Virus record (IMG/VR): IMGVR_UViG_3300036819_000331
Location: 1-64,000 of that record
Source of the DNA: a virus
Reading direction: 5' to 3' (one strand)
DNA: 64,000 nt
Shown here: positions 19,272 through 29,002 of the stretch, one piece after another
How positions within the stretch are numbered: position 1 is the stretch's first letter
How the letters are laid out: every line of letters begins with the position of its first letter
The notes under the pieces: model-generated
Seen by the model: the letters and a program-made list of their open reading frames with translations, nothing else
Told to the model about the DNA's origin: nothing
Databases searched by the model: none
Position numbers and translations under genes: made by a program

Positions 19272-20744
19272 CTAATTCCCCACCGCCAGATAAAGCGTCT
19301 GCGTACCGCTGAATCCTCCAAGGGTGAACGTCACCGGCACGAAGTCGCTGGCCGCCACATTGGGAACCACCACGTTGAACTGATAGAGCCCGACATAGCC
19401 CGGAGCCAGACCCTGATAGGAAAGCACTGCGGGCATCCCGCCAATCGAGAGCTGAAGGGAATCTGCCAGCATATTGCTCTGCTCCGCTATCTGCCCTGCC
19501 GGGATACTCGGCGTCACGGGCCCAAAGCCGACGCCATACAGGATGATGGTTTGCCCCGGCGTAACGCGCTGGGAAGGAACGCCCGAGAGCGTTCCGGGCG
19601 GCAGAACGTAGGTAGCCTCGTCCGTAAAGAGTGCAACGAGATACTGCTTTCCACTGACCACGAAAGACGACGGCGCCAGAAATCCGGGCTCGGTGGCATT
19701 GACCGTAATCGGGAAGTTGGCGCTGGTTTCCTGCCCACTCGAGACCGTTATCTGTTGCTGGCCGGGAGTGATATTCGACGGCACCTGTACGTTGACCTGC
19801 GTCTGGCTTACATAGTCGATAAATGCTGGTATGCCGCCGATCATCACCGTCGTCCCGCTGAGGGAAGTCGGGGCATTCACTCCGTTGAAGTCGGCGGCGG
19901 TCCATGAGCGTGTCGTGGATCCGAGGTTCGATCCGTAGATCTCAACCCATGATCCCGGCGCGATGGATGAAAATCCACCGAATCCGCTGGCGCTGATAAT
20001 TCCGCTGAATGCCGGGACGGATTTGCACTCCCCGGCGCTTCCGGCGTTGTAGATCGATAGCAGTTCGGTCGCGGACAGTGCGCGGTTAAACGCCTGCACC
20101 TCGTCAATCACGCCGTTCCACGTCCTGGGGAAATTGGGGAAGAGACTACCCGAGCCCCCAAAATACCATCCTGTGGAGGAATAGGAGACTGTCGTTGTTT
20201 GGGCCAGAGAGGCCTCAAGCACGCCGTCGACAAATAATCGAAACGCCGCGCCATCGTAGGTCGCGGCTACGGAGTAAAAGCTGCCCGGTGCGAATGTGTC
20301 CTTGGACGTTACATACCCCGCGGATGTGGTGATGTTGCCGAAAATGAAAACAAAGCGATCCGTCATAGCGCTCCAAGTAACGGAGACTGAATCGGTGTAC
20401 TGATTGACATTGTTGGCGACGATGAGGCTTCCGAAGGTGTCGTCATTCGGACCGGCCCCCTCCGGCTTAACCCACGCCGCCCACGTAAATTGCTGGTTGG
20501 CGAGGCTGGCCGCCGAAGGAATGAGAACGTACCCCTTCGGCGTGAACGTCATTCCGTCGAGCACCTCGCCGGGAACAAGGCTCACTCCGGTGACCGTTGA
20601 AGGGTTGTTTCCGCCGACAAGGTCGTTTTCGTTGGTATCGCCGGTCCACCAGCCGACGAGACCGGAGGGCGGAGCAAGGCAACCTGAGGCGGCCATAGCC
20701 GGGAAAGTTGCCAGTAGAAGAAGCGGGAGAATCTTGATCGCCAT
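19272..20744 (-). CDS. Secreted LamG/concanavalin-like protein with Solibacter-type C-terminal domain (TIGR03437-like)
   Basis: Signal peptide; CLAPPSGLVGWW...GVIDEVQAFNRALS (LamG); IAPGSWVEIYGSNL...YVSQTQVNVQVP...GLAPGYVGLYQFNVVVP. Confidence 0.85.
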   Translation of the reverse strand: MAIKILPLLLLATFPAMAASGCLAPPSGLVGWWTGDTNENDLVGGNNPSTVTGVSLVPGEVLDGMTFTPKGYVLIPSAASLANQQFTWAAWVKPEGAGPNDDTFGSLIVANNVNQYTDSVSVTWSAMTDRFVFIFGNITTSAGYVTSKDTFAPGSFYSVAATYDGAAFRLFVDGVLEASLAQTTTVSYSSTGWYFGGSGSLFPNFPRTWNGVIDEVQAFNRALSATELLSIYNAGSAGECKSVPAFSGIISASGFGGFSSIAPGSWVEIYGSNLGSTTRSWTAADFNGVNAPTSLSGTTVMIGGIPAFIDYVSQTQVNVQVPSNITPGQQQITVSSGQETSANFPITVNATEPGFLAPSSFVVSGKQYLVALFTDEATYVLPPGTLSGVPSQRVTPGQTIILYGVGFGPVTPSIPAGQIAEQSNMLADSLQLSIGGMPAVLSYQGLAPGYVGLYQFNVVVPNVAASDFVPVTFTLGGFSGTQTLYLAVGN

Positions 20745-20837
20745 GGATCGGATCATCCCACAAGTGGCCTTAAAACGGCAACTATTAGCCGCATATAGGC
20801 CTAAGCGCTTCATTTATTTGAGCTTAGGCCGCCAGAC

Positions 20838-21095
20838 GTGGTAGCTTTTCGCTTGATCGTCATAACGGGCAGGCACATACGGGCGGCAAGGGCGCTCTTG
20901 GGGTGGGCGCAAAGTGAGCTTGCACGAAAGTCCAAAGTGGCCCTTCGGACAATTCGCAGGATGGAGGGCTTCGACGATGCCGTGGGCGCGCGAACGGACA
21001 CCTTGACGAAAATCGTAACGACGCTGGAAAAGGCTGGTATCGAATTCTTCGATGATGCAGGCCCAGGTGTGAAGCTGCGTCAATCAAAGAAGTAG
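20838..21095 (+). CDS. XRE-family HTH regulator
   Basis: IRAARALLGWAQSELA...LEKAGIEFF..GPGVKLR; 9-bp inverted repeat ggcctaagc/gcttaggcc at 20798-20830 upstream. Confidence 0.85.
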   Translation: MVAFRLIVITGRHIRAARALLGWAQSELARKSKVALRTIRRMEGFDDAVGARTDTLTKIVTTLEKAGIEFFDDAGPGVKLRQSKK

Positions 21096-21179
21096 TGCCA
21101 TAGCGTCATGGCACGCCGTCATGACAAAAAAGGAGCCGCCAGTTCCCCCAGCGGCCCCCTCTGCGGTTCCGCCTCGTGA

Positions 21180-21536
21180 TTAGCGGCCGCGCCGCTGCCG
21201 TTTCTCTTCCTGAAGCTCGATGATGCGCGTGGCGGCGGTGTCGGCGACCTTCGCGAGCGCAAGCACGTCACCGGGGCCGTAGCTGTGCGATGTCTGCCAC
21301 TGGTTGTCCTTATCGAGGTAGCGGCGCTGGAACGTCACGTTGAAGAAATCGCCCTTCTCCGTGGGGTTATTCCAGATTGTCGCTTCGACGCCCTGGTAGC
21401 GGACGTTTCCGACGGGTTTGCTGCCGGGCTTCTGGTCTGTGTTTTCGTCGCCGGTATCGGCGCGCTGAGCGTTGCTTACCATGTTTTCCTCCATTGGGTT
21501 GTTGTTGGCGGGCGCATTATAGGAGGGGAGATACAA
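21180..21536 (-). CDS. Conserved mobile-element protein (possibly ssDNA-binding)
   Basis: VEATIWNN..KGDFFNVTFQRRYLDKDNQWQTSHSY pattern; true start may be 21482. Confidence 0.6.
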   Translation of the reverse strand: MYLPSYNAPANNNPMEENMVSNAQRADTGDENTDQKPGSKPVGNVRYQGVEATIWNNPTEKGDFFNVTFQRRYLDKDNQWQTSHSYGPGDVLALAKVADTAATRIIELQEEKRQRRGR

Positions 21537-21590
21537 CTTGCAAGGGTGTTCTAGGGAAGATTAATGAGGCGAGCGCGAAACACTGTGGGG

Positions 21591-22316
21591 CTACTGCATT
21601 ATACGGATAATTTCCGAAAGCAATAGGTCAAGGCCATGTGAGAAGTTCGCTTGCTGAGCTGCCGGGAGCGATTCTTGCTTACGAATCTGCCCGTGGAGGT
21701 GAAGGTCTGCAATCTTCCTGGCGGACGTTTCCATGCCCTGCATCGTTTCTTTAAAGGAACGCGGGCACGGATACTGGGCCACGAGGTTGGGAAAGTCCTT
21801 CATTCCGAATATCGGTGGGACGTGGTCAAGGATGGCCCTCGTGGTCATTATAGTCGCGAGAAAACAACCGTTGCCGTAGACAGTATTTAGCTCTTCGCAA
21901 AGGCGAACCAGTTTTGAGAAATCGAACTGCCCCGATTTCAGGGCTAGGAGGCCGTCGATGCGGCTTTGAGCAATGACCGTAAATCCCGAGGTGGCGACGG
22001 GCTTCTCCGGAAGCACTGGGGGCGGCGACAACGCAGAGAACAGCTGATTGAGCTTCGCGATATCGATGCTGCCGTTCATGGTCCTCAGAGCGCCTGAAAA
22101 CATGATAGGCTTCGTGAACATCGAGTTGGCTCTTGCCTCCGCATTCGATGCCCAATTAGAGACATTTATCGAATGCTGAAGCGCCATATGCGGCCCTTGC
22201 GCTCCTTGGCTATACTTAATGACAATAGCTTGGCCCGCGGCAATCAGATTAGCGACGATCTGAAGGGCCGTTGCGGTCGGAATATTTAATGGCGGTAAGG
22301 GTTGATCGGGCCACAT
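21591..22316 (-). CDS. Hypothetical protein with HEPN/Abi-like C-terminal domain
   Basis: LVRLCEELN...RAILDHVPPIFG...RKIADLHLH. Confidence 0.5.
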   Translation of the reverse strand: MWPDQPLPPLNIPTATALQIVANLIAAGQAIVIKYSQGAQGPHMALQHSINVSNWASNAEARANSMFTKPIMFSGALRTMNGSIDIAKLNQLFSALSPPPVLPEKPVATSGFTVIAQSRIDGLLALKSGQFDFSKLVRLCEELNTVYGNGCFLATIMTTRAILDHVPPIFGMKDFPNLVAQYPCPRSFKETMQGMETSARKIADLHLHGQIRKQESLPAAQQANFSHGLDLLLSEIIRIMQ

Positions 22317-22454
22317 TCACCGCTAACATAGCACGGGATCGCGCCCTCGACGCTTAAGCCCGACTCTTACTCCGGCCCCAATTCCGCGCCACCGCCGCAG
22401 CCGCGTTCTCGACCGTGATCCGGGCGTATCCCCCATATGGTCAGAAACACGGTC

Positions 22455-22781
22455 CTAAGCGGTGAGGGGCGGTTCAGCCGCAATACGGTTCCAATTAAGC
22501 GGCGCGAAGTCGTCCTCAACATATCCCCGCTCGTCAACGATCCATGCCAGTTTACGGATTGCCTCGGCGGGGGTCTTTCCTTCGGCCTTCATGAGCTTTC
22601 CCTTTGCTTCAACTGCGACGGCGTTTCCAGCAATGGCATAGCCGTGTTCATCGAAGCCGGCGGCAAGGTCGCGGAGGGCATCACCCGCTGAGACCCCGAA
22701 GCCGCCGAGTCCGACTACCAGGTCTGGGCCGATCATTGCACCCATCATATTCCCCTCGCGGAATACTTCGATTCGCCTCAT
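22455..22781 (-). CDS. Hypothetical protein with two HicB-like motifs
   Basis: GFGVSAGDALRDL and AEGKTPAEAIRKL. Confidence 0.4.
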   Translation of the reverse strand: MRRIEVFREGNMMGAMIGPDLVVGLGGFGVSAGDALRDLAAGFDEHGYAIAGNAVAVEAKGKLMKAEGKTPAEAIRKLAWIVDERGYVEDDFAPLNWNRIAAEPPLTA

Positions 22782-22804
22782 CTCCGTATTTTCGCAGGGA
22801 AGTT

Positions 22805-24604
22805 CTAAGCGCGGCTGCGCCCGCGGTTTCTGTCGACAAACTCTGCCGCATTCCGGGCCGTCACCAGAGGATAGCCAATATCGCCCCGCTCAACATTCTT
22901 TCGGGCTTTTTCGCTTACCTCTTCCAGCTTCGCCGCAGTGTCCTCGATGGAATGTCCACCGGTTATGCTGATCATGCAATATGACAGGTCTGCGTGGCTG
23001 CGATCGGGCGATCCGTCCTTCTTCTTGCGGGACCGCAGAAGGCAAATGTCGTAGGACGGCCACGGGTGAATCTCCCCAAGATTCACGGAAACACGCCGGG
23101 GGGCTTTGCGGCCGATATTGATGTCGGTCGCAAGAGGGCGCTCGGCCTCCGCCAGCAAGCCCAACTCCGCCAATCGTTCCGCCGTCATCGCGCGTCCCGG
23201 CACGCCGTACACAATGCCCACTGTCGGGTACTCCGGCGCATATTTCACCTTGAAGTTGGCCGTCCCCGCAAGCCTTACCGCACCCGACGCCGATTTATCG
23301 ACATCTCCCACGGCCTTCCTCACCCGCCGGATGAATCCTTTGCTTTCTGCCTTTTCCACACCGGACACCGCAAGCCACGCCTGATGATTGCCAGGGCTGG
23401 TGGCAACCATGAGGAAAGCAGCCGGGCGGACTCGGTCCAGTTGCTCCGCGCTGAGATCGTCGAGCTGGACGAACACCACATCCGGTCCGGTCGGCCTGAC
23501 GATCAGATTCTCACCGGCCATGACGGTTTCACCGCTCGCGAGCTTATGCGGGTTTCGGGCGGCGGCAGTCCGAACCATCGCCGGGAGCTTGTCGCGCAGC
23601 TCAACGGCGGAATACGTTTTGCCCCAAATCAGTTTCTGCTCCACGTCGAGCTTCGTGACGACGAATGAGCGCGCGCCGACGCTTGTAAAGAGATCCAGCA
23701 TGCGTTCGGCTTCTTTGATGTTCGACGGCATCGGCATACCTCCTGATTTCTCAACCCCTCGCCCAGCCATGGGGGTTGAGAAAGCAGGAATACTGGGCAA
23801 TTCGCCCTCTGACAAGTGTGACGTAAACGCGCTTCCGTGGTTTCGCGGTTGCGTCAATGCGTCATTGCGCTCAAGGGCCACGTCTTCATCGTGCGCGAGC
23901 GTCATTGCGTCCATGCGCGCATCCGTGGCACGGCGCAATAGCGCAGACTGAATCGAGCTGGCGTACCAGCGAAATCCTGATGGGGTGCGGATGTCCATGG
24001 CGTTGATATGCATGGCGATATCGCGCAGGCTGGCACCCTCTGCCCGAAGCCGCCGCATCAGGGCCAGAGTATTCTCCGCCGGGTGGAGTTTTTCGCGAAG
24101 TTCCGCGGCGCGCGCACGCGCCTCGGCAAGCTTGGGGCCGCCCAGCTTGTGATACGTTCGCCCGGCCTTGCTCACCCGATATCCGTGGGTGGCGAGATCC
24201 CGCTTGGCCTGAGACAACGCCTCCCTGATTCGCAGCGAAATAGTCTCCCGCTCGTGCTGCGCGAAGGCGGCCAACAGGTGCAGCATCAGCTTGGTCGCAT
24301 GCGGGTTGTCGCAGCAGACGAACTCGACACCGCTCTCCATCAGGTCGGCGATGAACGCGACATTGCGGCTCAGGCGGTCCAGCTTGGCGATAACGAGCTT
24401 CGCCTTGCGCTTCTTGCACAATTCGAGTGCCGCCAGAAGCTGCGGACGGTTCTTGTGGCGCTTCCCGCTCTCGACCTCCGTAAACTCAGCCAGAAGCGGA
24501 TCGTTGCCAATAAAGCGCAGCACAACCTCTTTCTGGGCCGCGAGCCCCAATCCGCTTTCACCCTGTTGCGAAGTTGAGACACGGTAATACCCGACATGCA
24601 GCAT
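22805..24604 (-). CDS. Serine recombinase fused in frame to a RepB-type DNA primase domain
   Basis: YYRVST..QGESGLGLAAQ, LVIAKLDRLSR (serine recombinase); VQLDDL, TSPGNHQAW, VRLAGTANFK, DRSHAD (RepB'/AEP primase with helical bundle). Confidence 0.85.
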   Translation of the reverse strand: MLHVGYYRVSTSQQGESGLGLAAQKEVVLRFIGNDPLLAEFTEVESGKRHKNRPQLLAALELCKKRKAKLVIAKLDRLSRNVAFIADLMESGVEFVCCDNPHATKLMLHLLAAFAQHERETISLRIREALSQAKRDLATHGYRVSKAGRTYHKLGGPKLAEARARAAELREKLHPAENTLALMRRLRAEGASLRDIAMHINAMDIRTPSGFRWYASSIQSALLRRATDARMDAMTLAHDEDVALERNDALTQPRNHGSAFTSHLSEGELPSIPAFSTPMAGRGVEKSGGMPMPSNIKEAERMLDLFTSVGARSFVVTKLDVEQKLIWGKTYSAVELRDKLPAMVRTAAARNPHKLASGETVMAGENLIVRPTGPDVVFVQLDDLSAEQLDRVRPAAFLMVATSPGNHQAWLAVSGVEKAESKGFIRRVRKAVGDVDKSASGAVRLAGTANFKVKYAPEYPTVGIVYGVPGRAMTAERLAELGLLAEAERPLATDINIGRKAPRRVSVNLGEIHPWPSYDICLLRSRKKKDGSPDRSHADLSYCMISITGGHSIEDTAAKLEEVSEKARKNVERGDIGYPLVTARNAAEFVDRNRGRSRA

Positions 24605-24614
24605 CGTCCCGCTC

Positions 24615-24696
24615 CAAAACACCTGTTTTGAGCAGTACAGCATGAAGAAGCGTTCAACTCAATGTTGAACGAACGAAATTCGGCCGTATAATTTCG
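24615..24696. promoter_or_regulatory. Three inverted repeats upstream of the recombinase (res-like site)
   Basis: caaaaca-N2-tgttttg, cgttcaac-N5-gttgaacg, cgaaatt-N9-aatttcg. Confidence 0.45.
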
Positions 24697-24710
24697 CGCG
24701 CGTGGATTGA

Positions 24711-25205
24711 TTAATCGCCGCTTGTCTGCTCCGGCTCTTTCAGTTGAGAGGCCGCATATTTGACCCGGAACCGAAGCCACTGCTTCAACTCTTTTATCTC
24801 ATACCACGTTTGGCCTAACAGCGATGTCTTGTCGGAACTATGCACATCAATAATGGCAACATCCGCAGCGAGCGGGGACCTCGGGAATACTCGATGAAAC
24901 AAAAATATTTGCGGAGTGCCTTCGGTCTCGCTGGACAGCACGGTGTTTTGCCTAATGTAATCAGTGATGCACTGGACGAGAGATCGCGCGAAAGCCTCGG
25001 GGCTCGGCATGTTAGTCGGCCATTCAATCGTAAGATCAGCATCCTCAAACCGAACAGCCTTTGAGAATCGGTCACCCAATGCCGCTAACGTGGCATCTGT
25101 ATCAGCAATCGGTACGAGTTTGACGGTCGGCAGCGCCGCTATAAGTGTTCTCTCATAGGCAAGATGCACTTTCTTGTAAAACGCAGACAACTCAGAATCG
25201 GTCAT
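24711..25205 (-). CDS. Hypothetical protein (apparently leaderless moron)
   Basis: TACACT 7 nt before ATG. Confidence 0.55.
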   Translation of the reverse strand: MTDSELSAFYKKVHLAYERTLIAALPTVKLVPIADTDATLAALGDRFSKAVRFEDADLTIEWPTNMPSPEAFARSLVQCITDYIRQNTVLSSETEGTPQIFLFHRVFPRSPLAADVAIIDVHSSDKTSLLGQTWYEIKELKQWLRFRVKYAASQLKEPEQTSGD

Positions 25206-25286
25206 TAATAACAGTGTAGCTGGAATATGGCCATGCCGCAGAGGAAATTCAGTCGTTGCGCCCAGCCCACTTTTGGGAAGTGAAGG

Positions 25287-25718
25287 TTACGAGTCCCGTC
25301 GCACCCGGATAACGACGGTTGGTGTATCCCTCTCGTAACCAGCCAGCTTCTCGTACATCTTTTTGAGCACTTGAAAAAGCATATCTGGCGTTCTTGCCTT
25401 CTCTACATAGCTTTCGACGATGTACTTTTCCGGCAGATTAGAGAATTGATGGACCTTGGCGTCTTCTAGGGCATATCCGGATGCCAGAACCTTCTTGTTC
25501 TTAACGATGCGGATCAACTGATCCTTCTTAACTACATTGTGCCTCTTATTCCCCCGAGAGCTGCGGAACAGCGTGAAAACCTTGCCCACAGGCGTGTCAA
25601 CCGCATACTTGCTGCTCACATTGTGAGGTTGCGACATAAGATTCACGTTACAGGTTTGCGCTAGTTCGCGCAATTTAACCGAAGTTAGCAGTGCTATCGG
25701 GTAATGTGCGATGGTCAC
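25287..25718 (-). CDS. Possible ASCH/PUA-like protein
   Basis: Weak pattern ...LFQVLKKMY...TVVIRV; internal start at 25637 with TAACGT box. Confidence 0.4.
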   Translation of the reverse strand: MTIAHYPIALLTSVKLRELAQTCNVNLMSQPHNVSSKYAVDTPVGKVFTLFRSSRGNKRHNVVKKDQLIRIVKNKKVLASGYALEDAKVHQFSNLPEKYIVESYVEKARTPDMLFQVLKKMYEKLAGYERDTPTVVIRVRRDS

Positions 25719-25981
25719 AGTAAAGCCATTTGTGAGTTGTCTATGGCGGGAAGCATAGGAGGGAGCGCCGTTGCCGGACAGCGGTCAAAAAATCCCCTGT
25801 CCATTGCCAGCTGGTCACGGGCCGGGTGGATCAGTGTCTTGGCTCCGAAGTTCGCCGTGTGGCCAGAAGGTCGGCGCACGCGGCAGTAATGGCCGATCTT
25901 CGCCTCGCATTTCGGACATTGCACCTCAAGCGCAGGATCGCGAGTCCATTCTTGACCACAGGCATTGCAGGAGACGGTCAT
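25715..25981 (-). CDS. Zinc-finger phage protein
   Basis: CNACG, CPKC..C, H motifs; ATGA-coupled. Confidence 0.6.
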   Translation of the reverse strand: MTVSCNACGQEWTRDPALEVQCPKCEAKIGHYCRVRRPSGHTANFGAKTLIHPARDQLAMDRGFFDRCPATALPPMLPAIDNSQMALL

Positions 25982-26622
25982 GTCTGGTTTTCCTTCCGCC
26001 GTTTCAGGGCCGCACCCTTTGCCTGCTTCAGCTTCGCGAGCGTCAGCAGTACCGGTCGCACTTCCTCCGGAGACTCGTCGTAACCCCGCGACCACCTGCC
26101 GTTAAGGTGCGGCAGCTCCCCGCGGGATATAAGCTGCCAGTTCAGCGGGTCGGCGTTCTGCCGGTTTCCATCCAGGCACTTCAGGCACATTCCCTCGGGG
26201 ATGGGCCCGTTCTTGTTCTCCCACAGGTATTTGTGCTTCAGGACATAGCGCCGCTCGAAGCCGGTGTGCGGATCCGTCTCCTCGATGCTGATATACAGAT
26301 AGCCATCCTCGTGCAGCCTTTCGTGCCCCGCGTATTTTATGTTGTGGGGGTGCTGGCCCTTCTTGAACTGCGTTGCGGCGCTGTTAGCGTTGTAGGGCAT
26401 CTTTTTGCCCTTGTTCCACGACACGCCGCCGGGCTTCAGGCGCCCGTCGCGGCCGGTGAGCCATCCCTTGCGCTTGCAAAGGCCGACATAGTTGTCGATC
26501 GATACGTCGCTGCGGCCAAACTCAGCGCAGAAGGCCGCGTGCGCCTCGGCGCGCGACGTGGTGCAGTTCGCCTTTATCCAGGCAAGCTCCTCCGCGCTGT
26601 AGTGTATGACCTTGCGCATCAT
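25978..26622 (-). CDS. HNH endonuclease (HNH_3-like)
   Basis: KHKYLWE..NGPIPEGM..LDGNRQN..N..LISR. Confidence 0.8.
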   Translation of the reverse strand: MMRKVIHYSAEELAWIKANCTTSRAEAHAAFCAEFGRSDVSIDNYVGLCKRKGWLTGRDGRLKPGGVSWNKGKKMPYNANSAATQFKKGQHPHNIKYAGHERLHEDGYLYISIEETDPHTGFERRYVLKHKYLWENKNGPIPEGMCLKCLDGNRQNADPLNWQLISRGELPHLNGRWSRGYDESPEEVRPVLLTLAKLKQAKGAALKRRKENQT

Positions 26623-26972
26623 TTCTTCTCCCCCGTCGTCCCGACGACGGCCATGGGCGGCGCGGGTTTCTTCTTCGGGACAGCCTCGATGCGGGGTTCG
26701 TTCCTGGGCTGGGCATCCGGGATAGGTTCCATGGCGGCCGATTTGTTTTCGATGAGCGGAAGCATCTTCTCGTAGTTGCCGCCGTACTCCGCTGTAAGCT
26801 TCGCGGCATTCAGCGCGACGGTGGCGTTGTCGATGATTTGCTCGCTGACTTTCACGATGGCATTGGTGCGGGCGGTCTCTCGCTCCATCTGCTCGTCGGT
26901 CAGATCCTCCTCGCCCAACCGCTCCAATTGAGCAAATAGGTGGTTGTTTAAATCAAGCAGCTTGTTTTTCAT
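26619..26972 (-). CDS. Conserved phage protein
   Basis: MKNKLLDLNNHLFAQLERL pattern, often found next to this HNH type. Confidence 0.7.
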   Translation of the reverse strand: MKNKLLDLNNHLFAQLERLGEEDLTDEQMERETARTNAIVKVSEQIIDNATVALNAAKLTAEYGGNYEKMLPLIENKSAAMEPIPDAQPRNEPRIEAVPKKKPAPPMAVVGTTGEKK

Positions 26973-27034
26973 AAACACTCTCGTCGTTGGTTGGCCCGTG
27001 GGCCGCCCCCGCGTGAGAGCGGCCCGGTTGATGA

Positions 27035-28948
27035 TTAAGCAGCTTTCTTCTTCGCCTTCGCGGGCTTCTTTTCCGGTGCCGTGAACGCCATGCCGTCCGG
27101 TAGCCAAGTACGGAGCTTCTGCTCGGTCTCCTTGTTTCCGGAGAATTTCTTCGGGTCGGCGAATGCCCGATCCAGCTCCTTCACGATGTCCCCCTTCTTG
27201 GCGCTGGCCCATTTTTCAGCCCAGGCCTTCGAGAAGATGGTCTTTCCGATATCGAGCAACTGGTCCTTGGTAATGCGCCCGAGATAGTTTTCAGCGGTGG
27301 GCCGCCAGAATTCCGTCACTTGTGCCTCCGTAGCCCCGAGGGCCGATTCGAGCGCGTTTTTCTGCGCCAGCTGCGATTGAAGCGTGCCCGCCACGCAATA
27401 GGCGAGGATCGCGAGCTTCTGCGCCTGCGTCAGCTCGCGGAATTCCTCAAACTTCGCGGATTCGGTCTTTTCCTTGAGCCAATCCAGCGCCAGCTGCTCG
27501 TGGCAATGGAGCAACATCTTCCCGGCGGCAGTATTCTTGGCGTCCGCCACCATGTCGGTCCTGAAGTGATTCCGCGAGAAACTGACGTCCGGCCCGGTAT
27601 GGATGTGGCTGCTGGTGAACTTGTCGATGGCAGCCTTGAATGCCAACAGGTCGAAGGTGACTTCGGGATCTGAGGCAAGCACAGCCTGCACAATCTGTAG
27701 GCGGTGCTGCTTCAGGGAGTCGATGATGGACTGCGAGAAACCCTTTTCCTTCGGCTTGGCGCCCTTACCGGCGTCGTCTTCCAACTCATCGCCATCGACG
27801 CCCGAAATATGCGCCGCGTCCTGCTTGCGCACCAACCCCAGCGTCACCGCGAAGTCGCCACCATGATCGATGGCGATGTACGCCCCGGCATGTTTTTTCT
27901 CTTCCGGGTCGAAAATGACGTATTTCTTTATCTCCTCGTCCGCCTCATTTACCTGCTCCTGAAGCTCGTCCCGCTTCGTGCAGGTGTCCTCGTAGGCTGG
28001 ATCTTCGTCGTCGATGTCCATCCATTTCTCGTCAATGGCCTCGTATTCCGCGCTGAGTTTCGCATATTTTTCCGCCAGTTTCTTCGGGGCGTTGATCGGC
28101 TTTGGCTCGATGCGGCCCATCTTTCCGGTATATTGCCAGTCGCGCTCAAGTGCCGTCTCCGCCCATGCCCAGCCGTCGGCCTTGAGCTTTTCGGCTTCGG
28201 CGGCGAGCTTGTCCTGAGCCAGTTGCTGCAGCAACGCGCCGTCGTCGAAGAACTTCTCCTTACCGAAGAGGTCGGCGGTTACTGTCCCGCCAGCTTTCTG
28301 GTAGGCGGCGATTCCCACGAACTTGCCGAGCTTGCTTTCAGTGCCGGGCTTTTCCTGGGTGATGAGGCTGCGAATATGATGCGTATTCATATACCGGCCC
28401 TCCGCCTTGAAGATCTTGCGCTGCAGCTCATGGTCATCAGTGATGGTGAAGGCCTGGGCACAGTCGAGGGACATCTTGTCCTCGCGGTAGGCCTGAAACA
28501 CCTCCGGTGCCAGCCGCGCCAGTTTCATGCGCTGCTGGACGCGCTTCTCGGTTACGCCGAACCGCTTGGCGATCGCCGCGGGCTTCATCCCGGCATCCGC
28601 TAAGGCGGCGAAGGCCTCGAATTCGTCGGCGGGGTGCATGGCATCCCTCACGATGTTTGCGGCGAGGCTTAATTCCGATGCGTTCGCATCGCCCGCCAGC
28701 TCGCAGGATATCTTGTGGTCCTTGGGCAGTTTCCCGTCTTTCTGCAATCCTTGCAGTGCCGTGAGGCGACGGCCGCCGTCCACTACGTCGTAACTGCCGT
28801 CTTCGGCCTTCGTCACGAGGGGCGGTTGCAGAAGCCCGTGGCTGAGGATGGATGCCTTCAGCTCCTCCAGGGAGCTTTTGTCGTGGGACTTGCGGACGTT
28901 GTGGGGAGACACTTTCAGTTGGTCGAGGGAGATGTAAACAGCAGACAT
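27035..28948 (-). CDS. ParB/RepB/Spo0J-family protein (long plasmid/ICE type)
   Basis: NVRK...LKASILSHGLLQP...VVDGGRRLTAL...NIVRDAMHPADEFEAF; WRPTAENYLGRITK. Confidence 0.9.
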   Translation of the reverse strand: MSAVYISLDQLKVSPHNVRKSHDKSSLEELKASILSHGLLQPPLVTKAEDGSYDVVDGGRRLTALQGLQKDGKLPKDHKISCELAGDANASELSLAANIVRDAMHPADEFEAFAALADAGMKPAAIAKRFGVTEKRVQQRMKLARLAPEVFQAYREDKMSLDCAQAFTITDDHELQRKIFKAEGRYMNTHHIRSLITQEKPGTESKLGKFVGIAAYQKAGGTVTADLFGKEKFFDDGALLQQLAQDKLAAEAEKLKADGWAWAETALERDWQYTGKMGRIEPKPINAPKKLAEKYAKLSAEYEAIDEKWMDIDDEDPAYEDTCTKRDELQEQVNEADEEIKKYVIFDPEEKKHAGAYIAIDHGGDFAVTLGLVRKQDAAHISGVDGDELEDDAGKGAKPKEKGFSQSIIDSLKQHRLQIVQAVLASDPEVTFDLLAFKAAIDKFTSSHIHTGPDVSFSRNHFRTDMVADAKNTAAGKMLLHCHEQLALDWLKEKTESAKFEEFRELTQAQKLAILAYCVAGTLQSQLAQKNALESALGATEAQVTEFWRPTAENYLGRITKDQLLDIGKTIFSKAWAEKWASAKKGDIVKELDRAFADPKKFSGNKETEQKLRTWLPDGMAFTAPEKKPAKAKKKAA

Positions 28949-29002
28949 GGACGGCTCCTATTGTGAAGGTTTACGGGTGAAGGGGTTTTCTAGGTGTCAA
29001 AC

